Shown: piece by piece, positions 43,639 through 54,238 of the stretch
Position numbering within the stretch: position 1 is the stretch's first letter
Layout: each line of letters opens with the position of its first letter
NCBI RefSeq assembly: GCF_013004595.1
Contig: NZ_JABEMC010000004.1
Span: 1 to 64,000, forward strand
Length of the DNA: 64,000 bases
Origin: Brevibacterium luteolum
GTDB taxonomy: Bacteria > Actinomycetota > Actinomycetes > Actinomycetales > Brevibacteriaceae
Direction of reading: 5' to 3'
Translations under genes and position numbers: made by a program
The notes under the pieces: generated by a model
What the model was told of the DNA's origin: nothing
Seen by the model: the letters and a program-made list of their open reading frames with translations, nothing else
Database searches by the model: none

Positions 43639-46295
43639 TAGGCGGCTCCGAGTTCGCGGCGCAGTGCGGCCAGTGCCTCCGGCGCCTTGCTCATGTCGGT
43701 TCCTCCGCCCTGGGCGAGGTCGGGCCGGCCGCCGCCTCCGCCGCCGAGGATCTGGCAGGCGGTCTTGACGAGGTCGCCGGCCTTGTATCCGGCCTCGCGT
43801 GCGGCGTCGTTGAGTCCGACGACGACGCTGGGCTTGCCGCCGGCGTTGCCGATCGCAGCGACGACGGCAGCTTCGGAGCCGAGGCGGTTGCGCACGTCCT
43901 GGACGAAGGAGCGCACGTCATCGCCGGAGGAGACTTCGCCGAGTTCGGTGCCGCTGAAGACGATCTCACCGATCCGCTCGGCGGACTGCACAGCCGAGCC
44001 GGCAGCGGCGAGCACCTGCTGCTGGTTGAGCTTGGCGATGGTCCGCTCAGCTTCCTTGATCTTGGCCAGCAGTCCGGAGACGCGGTCGATGACGTCGGGG
44101 CCGGGCACCTTGAGCATGTCGGACAGGGACTGCACGATCGTGCGCTCCTTGGCCAGTTCGCGGAAGGCGCTCAGGCCGACAGTCGCCTCGATGCGGCGGG
44201 TGCCGGAGCCGACGGATGCCTCGGAGACGACCGAGATCGGGCCGACCTCGGTGGTGCGCAGCACGTGGGTGCCGCCGCACAGCTCACGGGAGAACGGGCC
44301 GCCGATGTCGACGACGCGCACGATGTCCGGATACTTCTCACCGAACAGGGCCAGAGCGCCGGAGCGTTTGGCGTCTTCGAAGGGCATGTACTCATACGCC
44401 ACGTCAAGGTTGTCGCGCACCGCGATGTTGGCCGCATCCTCAATCTCTGCGCGGGCGGCAGCAGAAGGTGCTTCTGGGAAGGAGTAGTCGAAGCGCATGT
44501 AGCCGGGCTGGTTGAGCGAGCCGGCCTGCACGGCGTTCGAGCCGAGCACCTCGCGCAGCGCGGCGTGGATGAGGTGGGTGGCCGAGTGGGCCTGGGCGGC
44601 CTGGAAGCGGTGGCCGGCATCGACTTCGGCGTGCACTTCAGATCCCGGGTGCAGGGCGCCTTCGACGATGCGCACCCGGTGGGCCGGCAGACCCTTGAGC
44701 GGGTTCTGGACATCGAGGACCTCGGCGACGAAGGCGTCACCGCGGATGATGCCGATATCGGCCTTCTGACCACCCGATTCGGCGTAGAAGGGGGTGACGT
44801 CGAGGACGAGGTCGACTTCGTCTCCGGACTCAGCGGCCTCGACGCTCTCCCCTGCTGCCACCACGCCGCGGATGCGGGAGTCAGCGGTGAGGTTGTCGTA
44901 GCCGATGAATTCGGTCGAGCCCTCTTCGAGCAGCGCGGAGTACGCCGACAGATCGGTGTGCATGCCGCCCTTGCGGGCCTTGGCATCGGCCTTGGCGCGC
45001 TGGCGCTGTTCGGCCATGAGCGCGGCGAAGCCCTCCTCGTCGACGGACACGCCGTGCTCGGCTGCCATCTCGAGGGTCATGTCGATCGGGAAGCCGTGCG
45101 TGTCATGCAGGGCGAAGGCCACGTCGCCGCTGATGGTGCCGCCTTCGCCGACGGCGTCGACGGAGCGGCCGAGCAGCTGGGTGCCGGATTCGAGGGTGCG
45201 CAGGAACGCGGTCTCCTCGGCATAGGCGATGCGCGAGATCCGGTCGAAGTCGGTCTCCAGCTCCGGGTAGGAGTCCTTCATCGCATCCTTCGACACCGGC
45301 AGCAGGGTCGGCAGCACCGGCTCGGTGACGCCGAGCAGGCGCATCGCACGCACCGCACGGCGCAGCAGGCGGCGCAGGATGTAGCCGCGGCCTTCGTTCG
45401 AGGGGCGCACGCCGTCGCCGATGATGATGAGGGCGGAGCGGACGTGGTCGGCGACGACGCGCATGCGGACATCGTCTTCTTCGCTGTCACCGTACTTTCG
45501 GCCCGAGAGCTTCGAGGCGGCCTCGATGACAGGGTAGACCTCGTCGATCTCGTACATGTTCTCGACGCCCTGCTTGAGGAAGGCCACGCGCTCCAGGCCC
45601 ATGCCGGTGTCGATGTTCTTGGCCGGAAGTTCCTTCTCGATGGTGAAGTCGACCTTCGAACGGACCTCGGAGAGTGCGAACTCCATGAACACGAGGTTCC
45701 AGATCTCGATGTAGCGGTCCTCGTCGGCGACCGGTCCGCCTTCGACGCCGTAGGCCGGGCCGCGGTCGTAGTAGATCTCCGAGCAGTAGCCGCCGGGGCC
45801 GGGCTGGCCGGTGTGCCAGAAGTTGTCCTCGTTGCCGCGGGTCTGGATCCGCTCGGCCGGGATCGAGGTGTTCTCCAGCCACAGGTCGATGGTCTCGGCG
45901 TCATCGGCGTGCACGGTCGCCCACAGCCGGTCGGGGTCGAAGCCGAGGCCGCCGTCCTCTTCTGAGTTCGTCAGCAGTCCCCAGGCGAAGCGGATGGCGT
46001 CGTCCTTGAAGTAGTCGCCGAAGGAGAAGTTGCCGTTCATCTGGAAGAACGTGCCGTGGCGGGTGGTCTTGCCGACCTCTTCGATGTCCTGGGTGCGCAC
46101 GCACTTCTGCACGCTGGTCGCCCGCGGGTATGGGGCTGGTTCGCGGCCGGAGAGGTATGGAATGAACTGCACCATGCCGGCGATGTTGAACAGGATCGTC
46201 GGGTCGCTGCTGATCACCGACGCGGACGGCACGACGGTGTGGCCGTTGGCGGCGAAGTACTCGAGCCAGCGCCGTTTGATCTCTGCAGTCTTCAT
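43638..46295 (-). CDS. alaS: Alanine-tRNA ligase
   Basis: AGMVQF, IDTGMGLER, DTHGFP, HSATHL, ELCGGTH, GGGGGRPDLAQGGG. Confidence 0.98.
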   Translation of the reverse strand: MKTAEIKRRWLEYFAANGHTVVPSASVISSDPTILFNIAGMVQFIPYLSGREPAPYPRATSVQKCVRTQDIEEVGKTTRHGTFFQMNGNFSFGDYFKDDAIRFAWGLLTNSEEDGGLGFDPDRLWATVHADDAETIDLWLENTSIPAERIQTRGNEDNFWHTGQPGPGGYCSEIYYDRGPAYGVEGGPVADEDRYIEIWNLVFMEFALSEVRSKVDFTIEKELPAKNIDTGMGLERVAFLKQGVENMYEIDEVYPVIEAASKLSGRKYGDSEEDDVRMRVVADHVRSALIIIGDGVRPSNEGRGYILRRLLRRAVRAMRLLGVTEPVLPTLLPVSKDAMKDSYPELETDFDRISRIAYAEETAFLRTLESGTQLLGRSVDAVGEGGTISGDVAFALHDTHGFPIDMTLEMAAEHGVSVDEEGFAALMAEQRQRAKADAKARKGGMHTDLSAYSALLEEGSTEFIGYDNLTADSRIRGVVAAGESVEAAESGDEVDLVLDVTPFYAESGGQKADIGIIRGDAFVAEVLDVQNPLKGLPAHRVRIVEGALHPGSEVHAEVDAGHRFQAAQAHSATHLIHAALREVLGSNAVQAGSLNQPGYMRFDYSFPEAPSAAARAEIEDAANIAVRDNLDVAYEYMPFEDAKRSGALALFGEKYPDIVRVVDIGGPFSRELCGGTHVLRTTEVGPISVVSEASVGSGTRRIEATVGLSAFRELAKERTIVQSLSDMLKVPGPDVIDRVSGLLAKIKEAERTIAKLNQQQVLAAAGSAVQSAERIGEIVFSGTELGEVSSGDDVRSFVQDVRNRLGSEAAVVAAIGNAGGKPSVVVGLNDAAREAGYKAGDLVKTACQILGGGGGGRPDLAQGGGTDMSKAPEALAALRRELGAA

Positions 46296-46394
46296 GCGAA
46301 CCTTTCGAAACTGTTGCGGGGTCAGGCGGGAGGCGATGACGGCCGGTGGCCGGCGCCTCGGGCGCGGAGCGTTCCTCCTGCGCCATCATACAAA

Positions 46395-46432
46395 CCTGCC
46401 CGGGCATTCGCAGTGGCGAACACCCGGGCAGG
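46395..46432 (-). terminator. Intrinsic terminator after rpsD
   Basis: Minus strand CCTGCCCGGGTGTTCGC-cact-GCGAATGCCCGGGCAGG followed by TTTGT. A TATGAT -10 candidate for alaS follows at 46385-46390. Confidence 0.8.
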
Positions 46433-46464
46433 AGGTGCTGCGCAGCGTCTGCGCAGACGGTGGA

Positions 46465-47091
46465 TCAGCGTGAGTAGTACTCGACCACGAGCTGGATGTC
46501 ACAGGTGATCGGAACCTCTTCTCGCTTCGGGCGGCGCAGCAGCGTCGCCTGCAGGGCTTCGAGGTCGACCTTGAGGTAGCCCGGGACGGCCGGCAGGACG
46601 TCGCGGTGACCACCGGCAGCGGCGATCTGGAAGGGCTCCATCTCAGCGGACTTCTGGTGGACGTGGATCATCTGGCCTTCCTTGACGCGGAAGGACGGAC
46701 GATCGACGCGCTGGCCGTCGACCATGATGTGACGGTGGACGACGAACTGGCGGGCCTGCTGGATGGTGCGGGCGAAGCCGGCGCGCAGCACGAGGGCGTC
46801 GAGACGCATCTCGAGGAGCTCGACGAGGTTCTCACCGGTCAGGCCCTGCTCGCGGCGGGCCTCCTTGTAGACCTTGAGCATCTGGGCTTCGCGGATGTTG
46901 TACTGGGCGCGCAGACGCTGCTTTTCCTTCAGGCGGACCGAATAGTCGCTGTCGTTGCGGCGGCGGGCGCGGCCGTGCTCACCGGGCGGGTACGGGCGGC
47001 GCTCGAAGTACTTCTCGGCCTTCGGAGTCAGCGGCAGACCCAGGGACCGCGAGAGGCGGACCTGGCGGCGCGAACGTGCGGGTGCAGGCAT
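46465..47091 (-). CDS. rpsD: 30S ribosomal protein S4 (stand-alone, no zinc cysteines)
   Basis: [50 protein letters not shown] before ATG 47091. Confidence 0.97.
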   Translation of the reverse strand: MPAPARSRRQVRLSRSLGLPLTPKAEKYFERRPYPPGEHGRARRRNDSDYSVRLKEKQRLRAQYNIREAQMLKVYKEARREQGLTGENLVELLEMRLDALVLRAGFARTIQQARQFVVHRHIMVDGQRVDRPSFRVKEGQMIHVHQKSAEMEPFQIAAAGGHRDVLPAVPGYLKVDLEALQATLLRRPKREEVPITCDIQLVVEYYSR

Positions 47092-47304
47092 GGATGCCAA
47101 CCTTTCGTGTTTCTTCTGCCTCGGCTGATCCCGCGCGTGCGGGTGTCTCGGTCAGCGTGGGAGGCTGCTGTTTCCGCGTATGGAAAGAGGATCGGCTCCG
47201 CGAGACCGGAGCCCATCGACCGCCCTGCAGCCGATTTCGGCCAGGCACAGCACCGCACTACCTTACCGGCTGGCAGGCGGGCGGGGCAAATGGGTGAGCA
47301 GAGC

Positions 47305-47673
47305 TCAGACCTCCACCAGCTTGGCGATCTGGTTGACCTTGTGGCGGGCCAGGGCGAGGTTCGACCGCGACCGGTCGAGGACGAGGTAGATGAACGGGCC
47401 TTCGGTGTCGGATTGGTTGAGCACGGCGATGAGGTGGTAGGCCGTGCCGAGGGTGAGCATGATGTCCTCGATGCTGTCGTCGATGTCGAGGACTCTCATG
47501 GTGCGCAGCTTTGCGCGCACGACGTCGGCGTTGCCGGCTGCTGCGACGTTGAGGTCGAATCCGGGGTGTCCGCCGGTGGCCAGGGCCATGCCGGAGGAGA
47601 TGTCGACGATGGCTGCGCCAGTGGCGCCTTCGATGATGAGCATCTGCTGGATGAACGTGTCGATCTGCGACAT
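47305..47673 (-). CDS. Roadblock/LC7 (MglB)-like small protein
   Basis: IEGATGAAIVDISSGMAL...AAAGNADVVRAK...IEDIMLTLG..YHLI...FIYLVLDR...NLALAR; GAAGGAG RBS. Fold assignment is from family recollection. Confidence 0.72.
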   Translation of the reverse strand: MSQIDTFIQQMLIIEGATGAAIVDISSGMALATGGHPGFDLNVAAAGNADVVRAKLRTMRVLDIDDSIEDIMLTLGTAYHLIAVLNQSDTEGPFIYLVLDRSRSNLALARHKVNQIAKLVEV

Positions 47674-47704
47674 GGGTGGGTTCTCCTTCTCGGCGGGCGC
47701 ATCG

Positions 47705-48854
47705 TCGGATGCCCAGCGATTCGATCGTTCGGACCACCTTCTGCAGTAGGCGCATGTCCTCGATGACCGACCCGGAGCCTGCCGCGTCTGCTCCCTGGAT
47801 CGAGGTGAGAGCCCCGCCGAGGGTGGCCGTCTCACCGCTGCCGATCTCGTCATCGCGGTCTGAGAGGTATCCGATCCTGTCGCGGAGAGCATCGACCACG
47901 CCGTTGAGACGGACGTCGACGCCGTCGATGAGCATGCGTCCATCGGTGAGGCTGTCGGCGCCGACGAGCAGCGCGACAAGTTCTGCGATTCCCAAGCGGC
48001 GCAGCCCGGTGATGCCGAGGACCTCCCCGGCGCGGATGTCGAGATTGACCGGTGCGAGACCGCGCGTGCCGACGGCATCGCGCAGCTCCATGAGCGACCC
48101 TCCGCTGTGTGCCGGAGCTGGGCGCCGGCGCTGTTCGAAGGTGCCGCCGAACAGGGAGGTGAACAGCGCGGTGCTCGTCGCGGCTCCCTGCTGCAGTTCG
48201 CTCACGAGTCGGCCCTCCCGGATGACGAGCACACGGTCGGCCAGCGCCGCGACCTCGTCGAGGCGGTGGGAGATGCTGACGATGGCCCGTCCTTCGGCAG
48301 CCAGCTTGTTCGCCAGCGCGTGGAACAGGGGATCTCGTGGTCGTTGAAGGTTGCGGTGATCTCGTCGAGGAGGATGAGCTGTGTTTCTGCGTACGCCAGG
48401 CGCAGCAGTTCGACGACAGTGATGTCGGCCCGTTCCAAATCCCCGAGGCGTTCGAGCTGGTCGAGGTCGCTGCCGTAGTCCGCCAGAGCCTGGCGAGCGA
48501 ACTCGAGCTGACGCTCGGTGGTGAGGCTGGCTCGGTAGGTCTCGCGCACAAGCGCCTCAGCAACGGTGAGGCGCGGGTCGATGCTCAGGCGCTGGGTGAC
48601 GATGCCGACGCCGGCGGCCCGGGCTTCGGCACGGTCGGCTGGACGGTAGATCTCGCCGGCCAGGTGCATCTCTCCCGATGTCGGCGGCTTGAGGCCGGCC
48701 AGCAGGTCGAGGAGAGTCGTCTTGCCGGCGCCGTTGCGGCCGATGAGGCAGACGATCTCGCCGCGGGTGATGTCGAATCCGACGCTATCGAGAGCTACGG
48801 TGGAGCCGTATGCTTGCGCAGTCCGCGCGCGCTCAGAAGGGTCTCGCTGTGCAC
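47705..48854 (-). pseudogene. Sugar ABC transporter tandem ATPase (RbsA/MglA-type), frameshifted and truncated
   Basis: Three frames join as VHSETLLSARGLRK / AYGSTVALD..GRNGAGKTT..LILLDE..HEI / LFHALANKL..SISHRLDEV..GEVLGITGL..ESLGIR. Single-base losses near 48812 and 48330. Homology ends before the second signature motif. Confidence 0.85.
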
Positions 48855-49005
48855 AGTGGATCCTTGTGGGGTGTCGAGGGGAGGAACAGGGATCATGCGT
48901 GCAGTCGGGGGATGGCATGACGGCACCTGCAGGAGCCTAGCAGGTGTCAGGCCACATGCGCGCGGTTTGCCACGGACGTTCATCCGCAGTTCGGAGAAGC
49001 AGGCG

Positions 49006-50442
49006 TCACTTTCCGGCGCGCAGCCGGGCGATCGCTGCCAGCCGTTCGGCCATGCCCTTCTCCGCGCCGTTGGCTGTCGGCGTGTAGTACTGGGCACCTG
49101 CCAGGGTCTCGGGCAGATGGTCTTGGGCGGCAACCGAATGCGGGTAACTGTGGGCGTATTTGTAACCGGCACCGTGTCCGAGGGCTTTCGCACCTGGGTA
49201 GTGGGCGTCGCGCAGGTGCAGGGGCACCTCGCCTGCCTTGCCGGCCTTGACGTCAGCGATCGCGGCGTCGATGGCGGTGTAGGAGGCGTTCGACTTCGGG
49301 GCGCACGCGAGGTAGACGACGGCTTCGGCCAGCGGGATGCGGCCCTCAGGCATGCCGATGCGCTCGACGGCGGTCTGGGCGGCCACGGCCAGCGGCAGGG
49401 CCTGCGGGTCGGCCATGCCGATGTCCTCGGCGGCGGCGATGACGATGCGCCGGGCGATGAACCTGGGGTCCTCACCGGCGACGATCATCCGGGCCAGGTA
49501 GTGCAGGGCGGCGTCGGGGTCTGAGCCGCGGATCGACTTGATGAACGCGGAGATGACGTCGTAGTGCTGGTCGCCTGCCCGGTCGTAGCGGACCACGGCC
49601 TGGTTGGCCGATTCCGCGGCCTGATCCCGGGTGATGGCGGTGGTCTCGTCGCTGCCGGAGGTGGCCCGCGCGCTGGCGGCGGCGGCTTCGAGGACGGTCA
49701 GCGCCCGCCGGCCGTCACCGGAGGCGACCTGGACGATGTAGTCGCGGGCGTCGTCATCGAGGGTGAAGGTGCCGGCCAGCCCCCGCGGGGATTCCAGCGC
49801 CCGGTCGATGAGTGCGGCCACCCCCTCGTCGGTCAGCGGTTTGAGGGTCAGGACGAGTGAGCGGGAGACAAGCGGGGCGATGACGGAGAACGACGGGTTC
49901 TCGGTGGTGGCGGCGATGAGCACGACGAGCCGGTTCTCCACGGCCGGCAGCAGGGCGTCCTGCTGGGCTTTGGAGAAGCGATGGATCTCATCGAGGAACA
50001 GCACGGTCGTGCGCTGGTAGAGCTCCCGGTCGTTGCGGGCGTTCTCGATGACCTGCCGGACGTCCTTGACGCCTGCGGTGATGGCTGAGAGTTCGACGAA
50101 CTTGCGGTTGGGGCTGTGCGAGATGACGTGGGCGATCGTCGTCTTGCCGACTCCGGGTGGGCCCCACAGGATCACCGAGGTGGCCCCGGCGCGAGCGCCG
50201 GTGCGGGCTTCGGCGAGCTGGTGCAGCGGTGAGCCGGGGGCGGTGAGGTGCTCCTGGCCGACGATCTCGTCGATGCTGCGCGGGCGCATTCGCACCGCCA
50301 GCGGGTCGAGTGCGCTGACACCGCTCAGGTCGTCTGGGTTCGGCGGTGCGGCGGTTTCTGCGGGCTCGGTGCCAGAGGCGGCCGCCGGTGCCTCGTCGGC
50401 ACCTGCAGCCGCCTCGTTGGCCGATGAGAACAGGTCGCTCAT
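49006..50442 (-). CDS. rarA: Replication-associated recombination protein A (MgsA/RarA)
   Basis: [48 protein letters not shown]. Confidence 0.96.
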   Translation of the reverse strand: MSDLFSSANEAAAGADEAPAAASGTEPAETAAPPNPDDLSGVSALDPLAVRMRPRSIDEIVGQEHLTAPGSPLHQLAEARTGARAGATSVILWGPPGVGKTTIAHVISHSPNRKFVELSAITAGVKDVRQVIENARNDRELYQRTTVLFLDEIHRFSKAQQDALLPAVENRLVVLIAATTENPSFSVIAPLVSRSLVLTLKPLTDEGVAALIDRALESPRGLAGTFTLDDDARDYIVQVASGDGRRALTVLEAAAASARATSGSDETTAITRDQAAESANQAVVRYDRAGDQHYDVISAFIKSIRGSDPDAALHYLARMIVAGEDPRFIARRIVIAAAEDIGMADPQALPLAVAAQTAVERIGMPEGRIPLAEAVVYLACAPKSNASYTAIDAAIADVKAGKAGEVPLHLRDAHYPGAKALGHGAGYKYAHSYPHSVAAQDHLPETLAGAQYYTPTANGAEKGMAERLAAIARLRAGK

Positions 50443-52217
50443 TCGTCCTCGGCGTCAGGGTCGTAGTCGACCCCGGCCTCGGCGCGCTGTTCGGCGGTGA
50501 TCGGCGCCGGGGCGTCGGTGAGCGGGTCGTAGCCGCCGCCGGTCTTGGGGAAGGCGATGACTTCGCGGATCGAGTCGGTGCCGGCGAGCAGGGCGACGAT
50601 GCGGTCCCAGCCGAAGGCGATGCCGCCGTGCGGGGGCGCACCGAAGCTCAGGGCTTCGAGCAGGAAGCCGAACTTCTCCTGCGCTTCCTCCTGCGTGATG
50701 CCCATGACGTCGAAGACGCGCTGCTGGACCTCGGGGCGGTGGATGCGCAGCGAGCCGCCGCCGATCTCGTTGCCGTTGCAGACGATGTCGTAGGCGCTGG
50801 CCAGAGCCGAGCCGGGATCAGTGTCGAAGGTGTCGAGGTATTCGGGCTTCGGGGCGGTGAAGGCGTGGTGGACGGCCGTCCACTTGCCTTCGCCCACAGC
50901 GACGTCACCGGCAGCCACGGCGTCCTCGGCCGGTTCGAAGACCGGGGCGTCGACGATCCACACGAACGACCAGTCGCCGTCCTTGATGAGGCCGGTGCGC
51001 TCGGCGATCTCGTTGCGGGCGGCACCGAGCAGTGCGCGAGCGACTGCCGGCTTGTCGGCAGCGAAGAAGATCGCGTCGCCGGGCTTGGCGCCGACCTTCT
51101 CGGCCAGGCCGGCCTTCTCCTCTTCGGAGATGTTCTTGGCCACCGGGCCGCCGAGGGTGCCGTCTTCGCCGATGAGCACGTAGGCCAGGCCCTTCGCGCC
51201 GCGCTGGCGGGCCCAGTCCTGCCAGCCGTCGAGCTGGCGGCGCGGCAGCGAGCCGCCGCCGGGGTAGACGACGGCGCCGACGTAGGGAGCCTGGAACACG
51301 CGGAACGGGGTGTTGGCGAAGTACTCGGTCAGGTCGGTCAGTTCGATGTCGAAGCGCAGGTCGGGCTTGTCGGTGCCGTAACGCTCCATCGCCTCCCAGT
51401 AGGGCATGCGCGGAATCGGCCGGTCGATGGTGTGACCGATAAGCTCCCACAGCGCGGCGAGGACGTCTTCGGCCAGGGCGATGATGTCGTCCTGTTCGAC
51501 GAAGGAGGCCTCGATGTCGAGCTGGGTGAACTCCGGCTGCCGGTCAGCGCGGAAGTCCTCATCGCGGTAGCAGCGGGCGAGCTGGTAGTAGCGTTCGATG
51601 CCGCCGACCTGCAGCAGCTGCTTGAACAGCTGCGGCGACTGCGGCAGCGCGTACCAGGAGCCGGGGCGCAGGCGGGCCGGGATGACGAAGTCGCGGGCGC
51701 CTTCAGGGGTCGAGCGGGTCATCGTCGGGGTTTCGACTTCGATGTAGCGGTGCTCATCGAGCACCCGGCGGGCGGCCTTGTTGGCTTCGGAGCGCAGGCG
51801 GATGATGCGGGCCGGTTCGCTGCGGCGCAAGTCGAGGTAGCGGTGCTTGAGGCGGACCTCCTCGCCGACGGTGCCGGAATCCTCGGCGTGGTCGGAGACC
51901 TGGAACGGCAGCGGCGCCGCCTGCGACAGCACGGTCACCTCGGTGTCGACGACCTCGATCTCACCGGTGGCCAGCTGGTCGTTGGTGTTTCCCTCCGGGC
52001 GGGCGGCGACGGTACCGGTGACCTGGATGACGGTCTCGTTGCGCAGCTTGTCGGCGACGTCCTCGCGCACGACGACCTGCACGATGCCCGATGAGTCGCG
52101 CAGGTCGATAAAGGCCACTCCCCCGTGGTCACGGCGCCGGTCGACCCATCCGGTGAGGGTGACGGTGCTGTCGATGTCGGGCGTGCCGAGGGTGGCCGCC
52201 TCACGGGTGCGTAGCAT
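50439..52217 (-). CDS. aspS: Aspartate-tRNA ligase, probably non-discriminating Asp/Asn type
   Basis: [49 protein letters not shown] before ATG 52217. Confidence 0.97.
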   Translation of the reverse strand: MLRTREAATLGTPDIDSTVTLTGWVDRRRDHGGVAFIDLRDSSGIVQVVVREDVADKLRNETVIQVTGTVAARPEGNTNDQLATGEIEVVDTEVTVLSQAAPLPFQVSDHAEDSGTVGEEVRLKHRYLDLRRSEPARIIRLRSEANKAARRVLDEHRYIEVETPTMTRSTPEGARDFVIPARLRPGSWYALPQSPQLFKQLLQVGGIERYYQLARCYRDEDFRADRQPEFTQLDIEASFVEQDDIIALAEDVLAALWELIGHTIDRPIPRMPYWEAMERYGTDKPDLRFDIELTDLTEYFANTPFRVFQAPYVGAVVYPGGGSLPRRQLDGWQDWARQRGAKGLAYVLIGEDGTLGGPVAKNISEEEKAGLAEKVGAKPGDAIFFAADKPAVARALLGAARNEIAERTGLIKDGDWSFVWIVDAPVFEPAEDAVAAGDVAVGEGKWTAVHHAFTAPKPEYLDTFDTDPGSALASAYDIVCNGNEIGGGSLRIHRPEVQQRVFDVMGITQEEAQEKFGFLLEALSFGAPPHGGIAFGWDRIVALLAGTDSIREVIAFPKTGGGYDPLTDAPAPITAEQRAEAGVDYDPDAEDE

Positions 52218-52344
52218 GGGGTGGAACTCCTTCATGGTGTGAGGATTCAGGTGACGGTCTGCGGGCACGGATGGTGTGCAGACTCTGCGCTTGCACCATG
52301 ATAGTCATAGTGCGCGGTACTGATGGAAAGGCTGGACGCTGCGA

Positions 52345-52734
52345 ATGACTCATGACACTCCCCCCGGATCTGCCGTTCCCGAGGTGCCGACGCCCGCCCA
52401 GGTCGATGTCGCTGCCGAGACGTTCCGGATGCTGTCCTCATCGACCCGGCTGTTCATCGTGTGGCATCTGCTCCATGGGGAGCGCGATGTCAGCAGCCTG
52501 GCCGAGGAATGCGGGGTCAGCGTGCAGGTGGTATCCCAGCATCTGGCGAAGATGCGCCTGGCAGGCCTCGTGTCCTCCAGACGGGACGGCAAGCACATCT
52601 TCTACGTCGTCGACGACCCGCACGTGGTGACGATGGTCTCGGAGATCTTCGACCACATCGCCCCAGACGGCTCGCTGGCCCCGGACCCGGAGCCGCGCAC
52701 GGCGGCCCCGCTGCGGGTCCAGGGCGAGGGCTGA
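52345..52734 (+). CDS. ArsR/SmtB-family transcriptional regulator
   Basis: AETFRMLSSSTRLFI, VSQHLAKMRLAGLV..RRDGKHIFY, and C-terminal DPH-x10-H. Confidence 0.9.
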   Translation: MTHDTPPGSAVPEVPTPAQVDVAAETFRMLSSSTRLFIVWHLLHGERDVSSLAEECGVSVQVVSQHLAKMRLAGLVSSRRDGKHIFYVVDDPHVVTMVSEIFDHIAPDGSLAPDPEPRTAAPLRVQGEG

Positions 52735-52757
52735 GGGTCCAGGTCGAGACCTGTGGG

Positions 52758-54110
52758 TCAGGCCTCGTCGCCGGCGACGCGTTCGACCCGCGGCCACACG
52801 TCCTCGGCCGGCGGTGTCCACAGCTCGGGGTCGGCTGAGACCTGCTCGCCGGAGCGGATGTCCTTGACCTCGTGACCGGTCTCACCGTCGACGAACCACA
52901 CATACGGGATGCCGCGGCGGTCGGCGAAGCGGATCTGCTTGCCGAACTTGCTGGCAGCCGGTGCGACGTCGACGGGGATGCCGCGGCGGCGCAGCTGCAT
53001 GGCCACCGCATCGGCCTCGCTGCGGCCGCTTTCATCGGTGACGGCGATGAGCACGGCTGTGGGCACCGAGCGGGTCGCGGCCACCATCCGGTTCTTACCG
53101 ACCAGCCGCGACATCAGCCGGGAGACGCCGAGTGAGATGCCAACACCGGCGTAGGTCTTCTTGCCGTTAGAGGCCAGGGAGTCGTAGCGGCCGCCGGAGC
53201 ACACCGAGCCGAGCGATTCGTGGCCGAGCAGCTGGGTCTCGTACACCGAACCGGTGTAGTAGTCCAGGCCGCGGGCGATCTTGAGCTGGGCGACGACGAC
53301 GCCGGGCTGGATGCGGTGGGCGGCATCGACGAGGCGGACAAGGGATTCGAGTCCCTCATCGAGCAGCGCATCGCTGACGCCGAGGGCGAGGACCTCATCG
53401 GCGAACGCCGAGGTGTCGGATTCGATGGCTGCCAGCTTCAAAAGCGCCTGCTGCTGGGCCGCCGAAGCGCCGGCGTCGGCGGCGAGCAGCTCGCCGACCC
53501 GGTCGGGGCCGATCTTGTCGTACTTATCAAGGCTGCGCAGCACAGCCGGGATGTTCTCCAGGCCCAGACCGCGAGCGAAGCCTTCAAGCAGCTTGCGGTT
53601 GTTGGCCAGGATCCTGACCGGCGGCACGCCGAGTTCGCGCAGCGCGTCGAAGGCCTGCGCCATCACCAGCGGGACCTCGACTTCGAAGTGATCGGCGAGG
53701 CTGTCCTCGGCGACGACGTCGATGTCGGCCTGGATGAATTCGCGGAACCGGCCGTCCTGGGGGCGCTCACCGCGCCACACCGGCTGGATCTGGTAGCGCT
53801 TGAACGGGAACGACAGGTGGCCTGCGTTCTCGACGACGTAGCGGGCGAAGGGCACCGTCAGGTCGAAGTGCAGGCCCATCGGGTTGCGGGAGTCAGACGG
53901 GTCGCCGTGCAGCCGGGAGACAGCGAAGATCTCCTTGTCGATCTCACCATCCTTGGCCAGTGCGCTGAGCGGTTCGACGGCACGCGTATGCAGCGCCGCA
54001 TAGCCGTTGAGCTCGAAGGTGTGCTTGAGCAGGTCGATGACCCGCTCTTCGACGATGCGGTCGGCGGGCAGCCATTCGGGGAATCCGGACAGGCGTGCGG
54101 CTTGTGCCAT
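52758..54110 (-). CDS. hisS: Histidine-tRNA ligase
   Basis: FDLTVPFARY, RGERPQDGRFREFIQ.D, ARGLDYYTG, SGGRYD. AAGGAG RBS before ATG 54110. Confidence 0.97.
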   Translation of the reverse strand: MAQAARLSGFPEWLPADRIVEERVIDLLKHTFELNGYAALHTRAVEPLSALAKDGEIDKEIFAVSRLHGDPSDSRNPMGLHFDLTVPFARYVVENAGHLSFPFKRYQIQPVWRGERPQDGRFREFIQADIDVVAEDSLADHFEVEVPLVMAQAFDALRELGVPPVRILANNRKLLEGFARGLGLENIPAVLRSLDKYDKIGPDRVGELLAADAGASAAQQQALLKLAAIESDTSAFADEVLALGVSDALLDEGLESLVRLVDAAHRIQPGVVVAQLKIARGLDYYTGSVYETQLLGHESLGSVCSGGRYDSLASNGKKTYAGVGISLGVSRLMSRLVGKNRMVAATRSVPTAVLIAVTDESGRSEADAVAMQLRRRGIPVDVAPAASKFGKQIRFADRRGIPYVWFVDGETGHEVKDIRSGEQVSADPELWTPPAEDVWPRVERVAGDEA

Positions 54111-54238
54111 GTGAGTCGTTCTCCTTGCCAGTGAGTGCCGACGGTGCTGTGCGCCGACCGCATCCATCATAGGCGGCAGCCGGTGCCAGCCGGTCGGCTG
54201 GTCGTCATATGCGCTTCTCCCCTGCGGCAGGCGCCGGT

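Noticed and set aside
47171..47213. Twin hexaloop hairpins in the rpsD leader as an ANTAR target
   Set aside because: The loops GUCUCG and AUACGC lack the G at loop position 4 conserved in ANTAR target RNAs.
47258..48232. 324-aa ORF as a real novel fusion protein
   Set aside because: The N-terminal part is the ABC pseudogene frame; the remainder is an out-of-frame read through the roadblock-like gene.
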